Position numbers and translations under genes: made by a program
From: an uncultured bacterium
GTDB taxonomy: Bacteria; Babelota; Babeliae; Babelales; Babelaceae
NCBI GenBank assembly: GCA_963717435.1
Contig: OY970332.1
Coordinates: 160,001 to 224,000 of the forward strand
Direction: 5' to 3'
DNA length: 64,000 bases
The notes under the pieces: model-generated
The model's input: the letters and a program-made list of their open reading frames with translations, nothing else
Databases searched by the model: none
What the model was told of the DNA's origin: nothing
Part shown: piece after piece, positions 45,498 through 55,514 of the stretch
Numbering within the stretch: position 1 is the first letter of the stretch
Layout of the letters: the number at the start of each line of letters is the position of its first letter

Positions 45498-48400
45498 ATG
45501 CAATATCACGAACTACAGACACGACTACTGCTAAAATTATACACAAAAAAACTGATATTTAATGCTTTATTTTTATTTTTAACAGTTATTAGTCCCAGTA
45601 TTATTAATTCTATGGGCTCAAGTAATTCTAGCGGTTCTGGCTTAAATTTTGAGGGTATTTTATTACCTAATGACATTGACATTGATAAACCTATTTTAAC
45701 TATTATTAAAAACTGTCCATATTGTAAAGTTGCTAATCAAATAGCTTATAATGAGGGTGACCAACCAGATTATTATAAATGCAATAATTGCTCCAAAAGT
45801 TTTTCTTTGAAAGAATCCAAAAGTAAAAAAATAGTTGCTGCAGTTGGCGGGGCGGGCTTAATTGGTGCAAAACTATGGGAAAAATTTTCTGGAGATAGCA
45901 ATGATCCGATAGCAAATTCGGTTATAGTTCATCTAAAAGATAAAGATGCGAAAACAACCCCTATTCCATTTCATTATTTACCCGATCAGTTTAAAGAAAA
46001 AGTTCATTTATTAAAAAATGATATTGGCACCAAAAAAGTTATTATCGATTGCGCCCTGTTTGGCAATGACACTATAAAGCTAATCTCTGAGATTTTAACT
46101 TATGAGGCTGGAGCCAAATTTATAAAAAACAGTAATGTTTCTTTCTCGTTAAAAAAAATAAAAGATTTTTTGCAAGATAATAATAATAATAAGCGCGCAG
46201 TTATTGAGAAAGCACAACATTTATTAAGAGCCTTAAAGTTTTTTAAAGTTAATGACAACTTATATGATCCTATCTATAAAGAGTGTAAATCTATCACGGG
46301 TTGCAAAAAGAAAGAGCTCTTGTTTTTGCAAGAAGATTTACTTGAAGAGCTGGAAGACGAGAGTATTTATTCATTAGGGCAGGATGAAAAAAAGTATAGA
46401 GAGAATGCTCCAACGTCAGAAAGCGAAAACCATTATCAAGAGTTATTATTTAATCAATTTAATCTATCCCCTATCAATAAAAGAAAAATTGCTTTTTATT
46501 TGTTAAAAAGAAGATTGCAGCAAGATCCTTATACGCCCGTTGTTGAGCCATATGTTATAGATAATGATTCTTGGCAAGATTTAGAAATAGTTGCCGGTTC
46601 TGGTTCGACCAGAAATACTTACTTTGCCGCATCGATCGATCAAACTTATTCAGAACTAGCAAAAGTTTCATTATATTTAAAGCTATTGCAGCCCACTGAT
46701 AATATAGATGAGATTGAAAAAAACAAAAAAATTATCAAGCTGTTCTTAGATAAACCTGAACTTTTTAAAGACTTAGACCTAATTTTTAAAGAGTTTTTCA
46801 ATAAAATCGAAAATGAAAATGGAATGTTGTCTTTTTTTCATGATAGAGGGGACTACTTTAAAAACGAAGTTAGAAAGGCATCATGGCCAGAATTTCTTCC
46901 TAATAAATTTGTTCAGTGGCTAAATAGTAATGAAATAAGTGTCTCTTTTTGGAACGCAAAAGAAAAAATAAGCTTGTGGTTTACTGAGCGCGCCACAAAA
47001 CCAGTTGATTATATTCACTCAAAATTCCCTTGGTTTTCAGGTGCGGCATCAAGTGTACTTGATATTGCTTGCTATATACCCATTGGAATACTTTATCAAT
47101 TTAACCCATATAAAGCTTCTTTGAAAATCTCAGATATTATAACCAAGCAGATTGTCTATGTTTTTAATAAAGAATTCGGAACATCTTTTCCTACTACTAT
47201 TGAAACATTTTTAGAAAATGAAATATCAAAAATAGCGGGTGATTTTATTTTATGCTTAAAGGACCAAAATCATCGTAAAAGCATTGTAGGAAGAGTTGAT
47301 GTAATTAATTGTCTTTATGAAAAACTATTTATTTTGTCAAAATTTATTAATTCTGCTAATCAGGTTCACAATATTTTGAAAGAAATGCCTGAACTGCAAA
47401 ATCATTTACCTTGTTTAAAAGCTTTAGATATTTTAAATAAATCAGATATAGGCAAGCTAGATTTTCTCTTAAATGAAACTCGCGATCCAGCAAGCTTCGA
47501 GCAGTTTATGCATAAGTTGGGGAGTAATATTTTTGAAGAAAAAAATAAAGCATGGACCAAAACACATTTTGGAAGAATTATAGCAACTTATTATTTGGTA
47601 AGTGTTCATAAAGAAAAACTTTTTGATATCTATATGGCACTTTGCGAATTGGACGTCTATCTTTCAATGGTAAGATTATACAACAAACATAAAGGAACCA
47701 CTCGACCATTTTGCTTTGTTGACCCAATTGTATCTGATGAACCAGTGATTGATCTAGAGGGATTATGGAATCCTATGCTAAAATCAAAAGCAGTTTCTAA
47801 TGATATCGCACTCGGCTGTAAGCAAAATTCCAAAGATGCTATTATTACTGGCCCTAATGAAGGTGGTAAATCAACTTTATTAAGAAATATAGTGTTTGCT
47901 ATGCTTATGGTAAAAATGGGTCTTTGTCCCGCCAAAAAAGCTGTTATTACGCCATTTTCAAACATGCGTGCTTATTTAAATATAACTGATGATGCGGCCC
48001 ATGATCGTTCTCTTTTTAGAGTTAGCACAGAAAGAGCCAATGAGTTGATCAATGTGGCTGGCAATACTCATTCTAATGGACCTTCACTTGTATTATTTGA
48101 TGAATTATATAATGGCACCAAGCCATCAACAGGAGAGGGATTGGCTTATGGGACGCTTAAATATTTAAATCAGATAAAAAAATTCCCAAGAAATATTTGT
48201 ATTGCTTCAACCCATTACCCTTGTGTTGCAAAATTAAGGGCAGAACTGGATACTGATTTTGTTTATCTAAGAGTTTGCGATAAAAGCGATGGTAAAGAAA
48301 ACCGCTTTAAGGTGTTGCCGGGTATTTATAGAGACTCTAACGGATTTGAGGTTGCTGAAAGTGCAAATGTTCATCCTGAAATTTTACGTTTTTCTCGAGC

Positions 48401-48824
48401 TCATTTTGAACAGAATATTAAAGATGCATATGCAGACGCTTATAAGCTTTATTTGGGCGCATTATCACATAAAGAAATTTTTGATGATTTTATTAGCAAA
48501 CTTGATGAACATGATATAGAAGCAGTTAATTTTTTTCATAAAATTACCTTAATCCCTGTTTACTGCAAATTACTGTTTAAACAGGCAGAATCACATGGCT
48601 TTAATATTAAAAAATTAATTAATTATCAAGATGCACATGGCAGAACAATTTTGCATCACATTGCAATCAATGACATTAAAGATCAAGAATTTATCAGTTT
48701 TTTAATCGAACATGGCGCAAAAACCAATCTTAAAGATGTTAATGGTTATACCCCAGTTGATCATGCTTTATACGCAAATAGCAAAACTAAATTAGAAGAA
48801 TCTTTAAATGAATCTAGTGAGTAG
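45498..48824 (+). CDS. Large protein: signal peptide, Zn ribbon, MutS domain-V ATPase, C-terminal ankyrin repeats
   Basis: CPYC...CNNC; ITGPNEGGKST, LFDELYNGT, STHY; DAHGRTILH...LIEHGAKTNLKDVNGYTPVDHA. Confidence 0.85.
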   Translation: MQYHELQTRLLLKLYTKKLIFNALFLFLTVISPSIINSMGSSNSSGSGLNFEGILLPNDIDIDKPILTIIKNCPYCKVANQIAYNEGDQPDYYKCNNCSKSFSLKESKSKKIVAAVGGAGLIGAKLWEKFSGDSNDPIANSVIVHLKDKDAKTTPIPFHYLPDQFKEKVHLLKNDIGTKKVIIDCALFGNDTIKLISEILTYEAGAKFIKNSNVSFSLKKIKDFLQDNNNNKRAVIEKAQHLLRALKFFKVNDNLYDPIYKECKSITGCKKKELLFLQEDLLEELEDESIYSLGQDEKKYRENAPTSESENHYQELLFNQFNLSPINKRKIAFYLLKRRLQQDPYTPVVEPYVIDNDSWQDLEIVAGSGSTRNTYFAASIDQTYSELAKVSLYLKLLQPTDNIDEIEKNKKIIKLFLDKPELFKDLDLIFKEFFNKIENENGMLSFFHDRGDYFKNEVRKASWPEFLPNKFVQWLNSNEISVSFWNAKEKISLWFTERATKPVDYIHSKFPWFSGAASSVLDIACYIPIGILYQFNPYKASLKISDIITKQIVYVFNKEFGTSFPTTIETFLENEISKIAGDFILCLKDQNHRKSIVGRVDVINCLYEKLFILSKFINSANQVHNILKEMPELQNHLPCLKALDILNKSDIGKLDFLLNETRDPASFEQFMHKLGSNIFEEKNKAWTKTHFGRIIATYYLVSVHKEKLFDIYMALCELDVYLSMVRLYNKHKGTTRPFCFVDPIVSDEPVIDLEGLWNPMLKSKAVSNDIALGCKQNSKDAIITGPNEGGKSTLLRNIVFAMLMVKMGLCPAKKAVITPFSNMRAYLNITDDAAHDRSLFRVSTERANELINVAGNTHSNGPSLVLFDELYNGTKPSTGEGLAYGTLKYLNQIKKFPRNICIASTHYPCVAKLRAELDTDFVYLRVCDKSDGKENRFKVLPGIYRDSNGFEVAESANVHPEILRFSRAHFEQNIKDAYADAYKLYLGALSHKEIFDDFISKLDEHDIEAVNFFHKITLIPVYCKLLFKQAESHGFNIKKLINYQDAHGRTILHHIAINDIKDQEFISFLIEHGAKTNLKDVNGYTPVDHALYANSKTKLEESLNESSE

Positions 48825-48880
48825 TGGGCTGACAGTTAAGACAAATATTTTATTAATTATTAAAACATTAAAAGTATATT

Positions 48881-50101
48881 ATGAAATTTGTATCAAGATT
48901 TAAAGCTCTTTATTTTTTATTTATTTGCTTTATTGCCACACCAAACCTGATAGCAATGGAAAGCTCACTTGAGACTGAATCTACTGAAACTGTAGATATT
49001 GAAACCACTGACGGCCAAGAGCTTGTTTTTCAAGAGCCAATAGTTCCAAATGCTTCGTTAGAACTGGTTAAAAAAAATAGAGAAAAAATTGATAAGCAGC
49101 TATCGTTAAACTCTTGTAGAGTTGTTTTTGATATTTTTGCAATAATGCGTTTTATTGAACTTGATAATTCACTTGAGCTAGATATGACAAGCGAAGGGAA
49201 AAACCCTTTTATTAAACATAATCTCAAAAGTAAAGACGCAAAAAAGATTATCGAATTATTATTAGCATTTAATAAAGATTCTTTAATTAATAACGAAATA
49301 CTACATGCATTTATACTTTTTATAGATTCTATAGAACAAAAGAGATACTTAAAAAAAATAAATTTTAGAAAACCGGAAATCGATTTAGAATTTCTTAACA
49401 AATTGGATGATAGCCTAAAAACAACTCTTGATAAGTATAATTTTTTAAATTTCGATAAACACTTTAACCTGCCTATTGAGCTTTTGGCACACATATCCAT
49501 AGAAGAGTTAATTAAATTTAAAAAGATAAATACAAAAATTATTAAAAACAAAACTGATAATAATCTGGTACTTAAATTAAATAAATGCTCCCTGAAAACA
49601 GTTGATGGCTGGCAAGGGTTATCTAATCAGAATATTTTAGACCCCAAACTTGTGTGCTTTATTGACCTGAGTAATAATAATTTAAAACAACTTCCTGCTA
49701 ATATGCTCAAGGGATTTACTAATCTTAAAAAGCTTAATTTGGCTAATAACGAGCTTGAATCTCTGGAGCCACAATTTCTTATTGATTGCGTAAATATTAT
49801 TATTATCGACTTATCGAATAACAAATTAAAAATGCTTCCCGAAGATTTTTTATCTTACTGTAAATCTAAGCCTGAGCTTATTACAGTTAATAATCCACTC
49901 TTGGTTGATACAACAAAAACACCAAAAATTATTTTCATATCTGGGAATAATAGCAGGACTTCAAATACCCAAAACTCCTGCGAACCCGTTTTCCAACCCC
50001 GTGATGATAATGATTGGTACTGGTCCTGGATTTATGGTGCAACTACAATAGCAATTACCGTTGTTTGCGTTATCACTTATAAAATAGTTAGTAAAAAATA
50101 G
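48881..50101 (+). CDS. Secreted leucine-rich-repeat protein with C-terminal TM anchor
   Basis: IDLSNNNLKQLP, LNLANNELESL, IDLSNNKLKMLP; C-terminal hydrophobic helix. Confidence 0.85.
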   Translation: MKFVSRFKALYFLFICFIATPNLIAMESSLETESTETVDIETTDGQELVFQEPIVPNASLELVKKNREKIDKQLSLNSCRVVFDIFAIMRFIELDNSLELDMTSEGKNPFIKHNLKSKDAKKIIELLLAFNKDSLINNEILHAFILFIDSIEQKRYLKKINFRKPEIDLEFLNKLDDSLKTTLDKYNFLNFDKHFNLPIELLAHISIEELIKFKKINTKIIKNKTDNNLVLKLNKCSLKTVDGWQGLSNQNILDPKLVCFIDLSNNNLKQLPANMLKGFTNLKKLNLANNELESLEPQFLIDCVNIIIIDLSNNKLKMLPEDFLSYCKSKPELITVNNPLLVDTTKTPKIIFISGNNSRTSNTQNSCEPVFQPRDDNDWYWSWIYGATTIAITVVCVITYKIVSKK

Positions 50102-50184
50102 CTGGTTATTTAATCACTTATTTGCGTTAATATAAATTTTTATACAATTTCTAAGTTTGTATTTTTCAAGAAAGTAATAAAAAA

Positions 50185-50589
50185 ATGACAAAAAACAGGT
50201 TTTCAAAGCTAATCTTAAGCATATCTTTATTAACAAGTTTTAATATTTTCACTATGGAACAACCAGAAGAGAAGCAGGAAGCAAATCAGAATGGCCAAAT
50301 TAACCCCAACGTAATTTGGATGCACGGCTTACCGTACTTTATTGCCACAAATGACCTTTCTTGTTTTGCGCACAAAAATTTGGAAGAAATAAAAAAACTA
50401 GGTGCAAAAAGTGATAAAATCCCTGATTTAAATAAAATTAATAGTGTAATACGAATAATTAGAGATAAAAACGGTCATACATATGAGTTGGTATATGGGT
50501 TGGCTCCTCTAAATGATTATGAGTTCGTCCCAAAACAAAACTCCAAAGGTGGCGCTAATCCAAAGCCCTTAATTGAAGATTTAGATTAA
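50185..50589 (+). CDS. Hypothetical exported protein
   Basis: Signal peptide followed by MEQ. Confidence 0.65.
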   Translation: MTKNRFSKLILSISLLTSFNIFTMEQPEEKQEANQNGQINPNVIWMHGLPYFIATNDLSCFAHKNLEEIKKLGAKSDKIPDLNKINSVIRIIRDKNGHTYELVYGLAPLNDYEFVPKQNSKGGANPKPLIEDLD

Positions 50590-50779
50590 AAAGCTAAATA
50601 TTAGTAATAATTGCATGAAATACCTAAATTAATGAAACGCATCGGGGCTGAGGGTTAATTAATTTCACGCTAGTCATAAAAATTGTAAAATAGACCCCTA
50701 AATTAGTAAAAAAAATAGTGGTAAGCTATAATAAATAAGCTAATTATTAGATAACGATTACAACTTAAAAGGCAATATT

Positions 50780-51418
50780 ATGAAAAAACATATTTTGTTA
50801 GGCACATTAACAATTTTAAGTATATCTCGCTCGAATGGGAACACCAATCAGGTTGCGGACCCGTCAATTAGCGAATTGATCGCATCAAATTTTTTACAAG
50901 CTAGAAAAAAATCGATAGAAGATTATTCCTGTAGTACTTTTCATAATGATACAGTTGAGAAGAAAATTTTTGATATTAAGTGGGATGTAAATATATATGA
51001 TGTTGAAATGAAGATTAAACGTGAAGGAACAGGCGATTCTTCTACTGTTATTCTTGAAACATCTGTTAAAGGTGCCCCAGAAGATTTTGAAGGCAAAAAT
51101 GTTTTAGAATCTGAAAGAAAACTTTTCAAACATGTCCTTATAAAGAATTATCTTGAAAAGCTTAATGAGCAAAAAACTGACTCCTCAAAAAAACCCATAG
51201 TTGTTCAAATCGATAATAATACCAAATCTATTATGCCCCCAACTCCAATGGTAAGAGTCACTGAGCAATTTTTTCAAAAAAGTGTAACAGAGTGCCAGGA
51301 TCGAAAATCGATGTCATTCATGACGGTTTTTTCAGCACCAGAATTTGATATTTTAGTTAAGAAATATTTCTCTGAAGATGTAAATAAACAAGAAAAAAAA
51401 TCAGGCTGGTTTTGGTAA
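50780..51418 (+). CDS. Hypothetical exported protein
   Basis: MKK signal peptide; ends in KKSGWFW. Confidence 0.65.
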   Translation: MKKHILLGTLTILSISRSNGNTNQVADPSISELIASNFLQARKKSIEDYSCSTFHNDTVEKKIFDIKWDVNIYDVEMKIKREGTGDSSTVILETSVKGAPEDFEGKNVLESERKLFKHVLIKNYLEKLNEQKTDSSKKPIVVQIDNNTKSIMPPTPMVRVTEQFFQKSVTECQDRKSMSFMTVFSAPEFDILVKKYFSEDVNKQEKKSGWFW

Positions 51419-51452
51419 AACAATAAGAATTTTATAAATAAATCTTGAAATT

Positions 51453-52115
51453 ATGAATATTATTAACGATCTAGAGAAATTATTTATTAAACATGCGAAT
51501 CAAGATATAGCAGAAAAACAGCAAGCTTATATGAAAAATATAAGCCCGTATTTGGGCCTCCAAAAGCCAACAAGAGCTGCTTTGCAAAAATCTGTATTTA
51601 AAAATTATAAACTTAGCAAAGAAGAGTTAACTAAAACTGTAAAATTATTATGGAACAAAAAAGAGCGTGAGTACTCTTATGCTGCGCTTGATTTATTATT
51701 GAGTAATAAAAAATTATGGTCTTCTGATTTTATTAATTTATTCGAAGAATTAATTGAAAATAGGCCATGGTGGGACACAATAGATATTCTTGCTTCTAAC
51801 TGCGTTGGACCACTTATAAAAAATAATCCAGATTTAGTAAAATTTATGGATCTGTGGATCAAAGATGAAAATATGTGGAAGCGTCGTGTTGCGATATTAC
51901 ATCAACTAAAATATAAAACGGATACCGATACAGAGAGGCTTGATAAATATTATAAAATTACGATGCATGAGCGAGAATTTTTTATCGCAAAAGCTATCGG
52001 TTGGTCCTTAAGAGAGTATTCAAAAACTAATAAATCTTGGGTAAGCGAATTTATTAATAAATATAAAGATAAGCTGGCGCCGCTCTCTGTTCGTGAAGGC
52101 AGCAAATATTGTTGA
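51453..52115 (+). CDS. DNA alkylation repair protein (AlkD-like HEAT glycosylase)
   Basis: AYMK, ERE, WWDTID, MWKRRVAILHQL, EFFIAKAIGWSLREYSK, LSVREG. Confidence 0.9.
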   Translation: MNIINDLEKLFIKHANQDIAEKQQAYMKNISPYLGLQKPTRAALQKSVFKNYKLSKEELTKTVKLLWNKKEREYSYAALDLLLSNKKLWSSDFINLFEELIENRPWWDTIDILASNCVGPLIKNNPDLVKFMDLWIKDENMWKRRVAILHQLKYKTDTDTERLDKYYKITMHEREFFIAKAIGWSLREYSKTNKSWVSEFINKYKDKLAPLSVREGSKYC

Positions 52116-52184
52116 CACTTTTTATTTTGTAACTAACTTTAACTAAGTCAAATCTGTAAATTTTTCTAAAAAAAGGAAAAAGTA

Positions 52185-53603
52185 ATGGGAGCAAAATCTT
52201 CTACTCTATATTTATATTTATTAATTTCTGGGCTTTTTGTCTTATCACAAGATTTTTTATATTGTGCTCAAGCAAACACCGTCGTTGCAACAATAAATGT
52301 TGGTGTGACGCCTGCAGGCTTGGCCATAACGCCAAATAGTTTATACGCCTATGTCGCAAATAATAATAACTATGAAATTGCCGGATCTGATTCTGTTAGT
52401 GTCTTAAATTTATCTAATAATACTCTACAGCAAACAATTCTTGAACACAGTGTTACTAGCACAACTTTTACTCAGCCTTACACTGTAACTATTAATGCAG
52501 CTGGAACATTAGCTTACGTCACCGATAGTAATAGCTCAACCGTGACAATCATAAACATAGCAACTAATACAGTTTCAGGGACCATTACAGGCTTTGATGG
52601 ACCGTCGGGCTTTGTAATAAATCCAGCTAATCCAAGTATTGCTTATGTTAATAACTATGGCGGACCCGATGGTGTTGGTAGCGGGTTTGGCAACACAGTG
52701 CGGGTTGTCAATCTCAATACAAATACTGTTGTTGGGCCTTCGATTATTGTTGGACAAGCTCCTGCTGCCATGGCAATATCACCAAACGGCGCCTATCTTT
52801 ATGTTGCAAATTATGTTGATGGCAACACAGGTACTGGGACCATTAGTGTAGTTCAAACAAGTAATAATACAGTTGTTGACACAATAACAGGCTTTTCAGG
52901 TCCATTTGCAATAGCAGTAACCCCTGATGGCAAATACGCTTACGTAACAAATTTTGGTAGCAATAATTTTATGCCATACGGCACAACTGTAAGCGTTGTT
53001 AATTTAAGCACGAACACGATATCAGCAACAGTTGTTGATTTGGGTATACAACCTGCTGGGCTTGCAATAACACCTGATCAACAATACGCTTACGTAACAA
53101 ATTATGACACTCTTTATACTGATTCAAATTTTAGTAGTTTGGTTCCTGGGCAAGGCACAGTAAATATTATAGATATCGCAACTAATACAGTTGTTCCGCC
53201 AACTATCGCCGTAGGACAGTCACCTGCTAATATTGCAATATCACCTAACGGTTTTTTTGCTTATGTTACAAATTTTACATCTAACGTAGTTAACGTTATT
53301 GCATTGCCAACTTTCCAGATTACAGCTCAGGGGTGCAAAATGCAGAATAGATATTTAACACAGATAGACAACGTCAATAAAATAAGTTGGTCAGCAACTG
53401 GCTTCTCTTTGCCTGTTTATTACTCGATTTATCGCGACGCAGATTTAACGCAACTTGCTGGCACAGTTTTAGCTTCGCAGCCGTTTGTGTTTTATGACCA
53501 TAATACTAACCCCAACACAACTTACACCTATTATGTTGTGGGAACAAATATTGCAGGAACAAGTTCTGCACCTGTAGCAGTGACAGTTTCACAAAATTGT
53601 TAA
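52185..53603 (+). CDS. YncE/YVTN beta-propeller protein with C-terminal Fn3-like domain
   Basis: Repeated 'P..(L/I)AI(T/S)P(D/N)G.YAYV(T/A)N...VSV'; tail 'W...YYSIYR...FYD...TYTYYV'. Confidence 0.88.
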   Translation: MGAKSSTLYLYLLISGLFVLSQDFLYCAQANTVVATINVGVTPAGLAITPNSLYAYVANNNNYEIAGSDSVSVLNLSNNTLQQTILEHSVTSTTFTQPYTVTINAAGTLAYVTDSNSSTVTIINIATNTVSGTITGFDGPSGFVINPANPSIAYVNNYGGPDGVGSGFGNTVRVVNLNTNTVVGPSIIVGQAPAAMAISPNGAYLYVANYVDGNTGTGTISVVQTSNNTVVDTITGFSGPFAIAVTPDGKYAYVTNFGSNNFMPYGTTVSVVNLSTNTISATVVDLGIQPAGLAITPDQQYAYVTNYDTLYTDSNFSSLVPGQGTVNIIDIATNTVVPPTIAVGQSPANIAISPNGFFAYVTNFTSNVVNVIALPTFQITAQGCKMQNRYLTQIDNVNKISWSATGFSLPVYYSIYRDADLTQLAGTVLASQPFVFYDHNTNPNTTYTYYVVGTNIAGTSSAPVAVTVSQNC

Positions 53604-53639
53604 TTTTTAAAATTAAAATTTTAAACTAGAAAGTAAATC

Positions 53640-54260
53640 ATGTTTAAATCAAAATTATTAAATTATATTTTGGCAGTATTATTTTTGGCTCCAAGCTATA
53701 CAAGCTATATTTATTCACGTGATGTATTCCTGGAATTTAAAGGCGCCTATTTCCTTGCCACAGATAAATGCTTCAAAGAAATCTATAAAAATGGTGGCGG
53801 ACTTTATGGCCCAGAAGTGACTTTTCAGCTGACATGTAACAATAACTGTTGGTACGGTTTTGCAAGCGCAGATTTTTTTAGCAAAGAAGGGCGCACGATT
53901 GGGCTCTGTGAATATACAAAAGCATTTATTGTGCCAGTAGGGCTCGGTGTGAAATATCTCGCGCCATTCTCTTATGGAACATATTATATCGGCTTGGGTT
54001 TTCAGCCAACATATTTAAAAACAAAAAACTGCTCTCAATATGTTGCTAACACATCACATTGGGGATTTGGCGGAATTGCAAAACTTGGTGCATTTTTCGA
54101 TTTATCACACTGTTTCTTTTTAGATCTTTTTATCGATTATAGTTTTGTAAAAATTGGTTGCAAAAAAAATTGTGCCAATTCAACAAATTTTACAACGCCA
54201 GTAAAAGCTAATATCAGCGGCACAATATTTGGCGCTGGATTGGCATACAGATTTAATTAA
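53640..54260 (+). CDS. Small outer-membrane beta-barrel protein
   Basis: Signal peptide, alternating aromatic strands, C-terminal 'FGAGLAYRF'. Confidence 0.7.
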   Translation: MFKSKLLNYILAVLFLAPSYTSYIYSRDVFLEFKGAYFLATDKCFKEIYKNGGGLYGPEVTFQLTCNNNCWYGFASADFFSKEGRTIGLCEYTKAFIVPVGLGVKYLAPFSYGTYYIGLGFQPTYLKTKNCSQYVANTSHWGFGGIAKLGAFFDLSHCFFLDLFIDYSFVKIGCKKNCANSTNFTTPVKANISGTIFGAGLAYRFN

Positions 54261-54269
54261 AAAATTATT

Positions 54270-55006
54270 TTATTGCAAATCGGCCCAGTTTATTTCAGGC
54301 AAATTGTGCTTCTTCAAAAAAGCATTTGCCTTTGAAAAATGTTTGCAGCCCAAAAATCCTGTAACTGAAAGTGGTGAGGGGTGCGCAGATTTTAAGATTA
54401 AATCGCGATCTTGGATCGATATGCAGCGTGTAAGTTTTGAACTTTTTTCTGCGCATAAGATCCCCAAAGTAATAACACCGTCGGGTGTTTGCGTTTTAGT
54501 ATTGCTTCTATAATAGCGTCTGTAAAAATCTCCCAGCCATGATTAGCATGACTTGCGGGAGAGCCCTCTTCAACTGTTAGTATTGCATTAAGCAATAAAA
54601 CTCCCTGCTTTGCCCAACCAGTTAATGTCCCATTTGTCGGGATTTTCATGCCAATATCGTTATGCAATTCTTTAAAAATATTTCTTAGAGATGGGGGAAT
54701 TGTGACGTCTGGCGGCACACTAAAACTTAGGCCGTGGGCCTGACCTGGACCATGATATGGATCTTGACCAACAATAACAACACTAACTTTATCAAAGGGC
54801 GTTGCTTTTAATGCAGCAAAAATATTTTGTTTTGACGGATAAATTTTTGCACCCGCAGATTCTCTATCTTGCAAAAATTTAACAAGAGAATCTATCTCAG
54901 GTCTTTCACAAATATCTCTTAACGGCTCTTTCCATGAATCTGGCAGCGCCTCATAAAATTTCTTTTGTCTTGGTGTCATATTTTTCATAGTGGGTTTATT
55001 TTGCAT
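54270..55006 (-). CDS. ung: Uracil-DNA glycosylase, with one frameshift near 54420-54430
   Basis: [27 protein letters not shown] in 54398-55006; AHPSPLS...HFSKAN...INW in the 54270-54467 frame. Confidence 0.93.
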
Positions 55007-55140
55007 TTATTTGATTATACTGTCAAAATTTTTACTCAAAAATTAATTGACAGAATAGTTTCCGTCATTCTAATATCAGTTTGCCACACGGCGCGTGCAA
55101 GAAAAATTATATTTCAAACTCAATTTGTCTAAAATAAAAT

Positions 55141-55509
55141 ATGAATAATAAAGATCAAAACGAGTCTAACCAACAATATATATTGGCAGAAGAAAGAACT
55201 TTGCTTGCTTCAGAGCGGACTTTTTCTGCTTGGATAAGAACTGCGCTGACAGCGATGGCAGGTGGCCTGGGAATTTTAAGATTGATTGTTTTCAAAACTT
55301 CGCTTCACAAAATAATTGCCCATGTTATTGGAGAACTGCTTATTCTTTGGGGATGCTTGATAATTATTTTATCTGCGATGGACCACAAAAGAACAAGAGA
55401 CAGATTACATATCTCAAAAACTTATAAAAGCTCTAAACTCGGATTTGCTATAGTTCTTCTGCCACTACTTATAATATCTGTATTACTTGTCTGGGTTACT
55501 TTACCGTAA
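55141..55509 (+). CDS. YidH/DUF202 membrane protein
   Basis: LAEERTLLASERTFSAWIRT, three TM helices. Confidence 0.9.
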   Translation: MNNKDQNESNQQYILAEERTLLASERTFSAWIRTALTAMAGGLGILRLIVFKTSLHKIIAHVIGELLILWGCLIIILSAMDHKRTRDRLHISKTYKSSKLGFAIVLLPLLIISVLLVWVTLP

Positions 55510-55514
55510 AATAA

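Noticed and set aside
54398-54467. Programmed frameshift in ung
   Set aside because: No slippery site or precedent; more simply an indel error like those in groEL.
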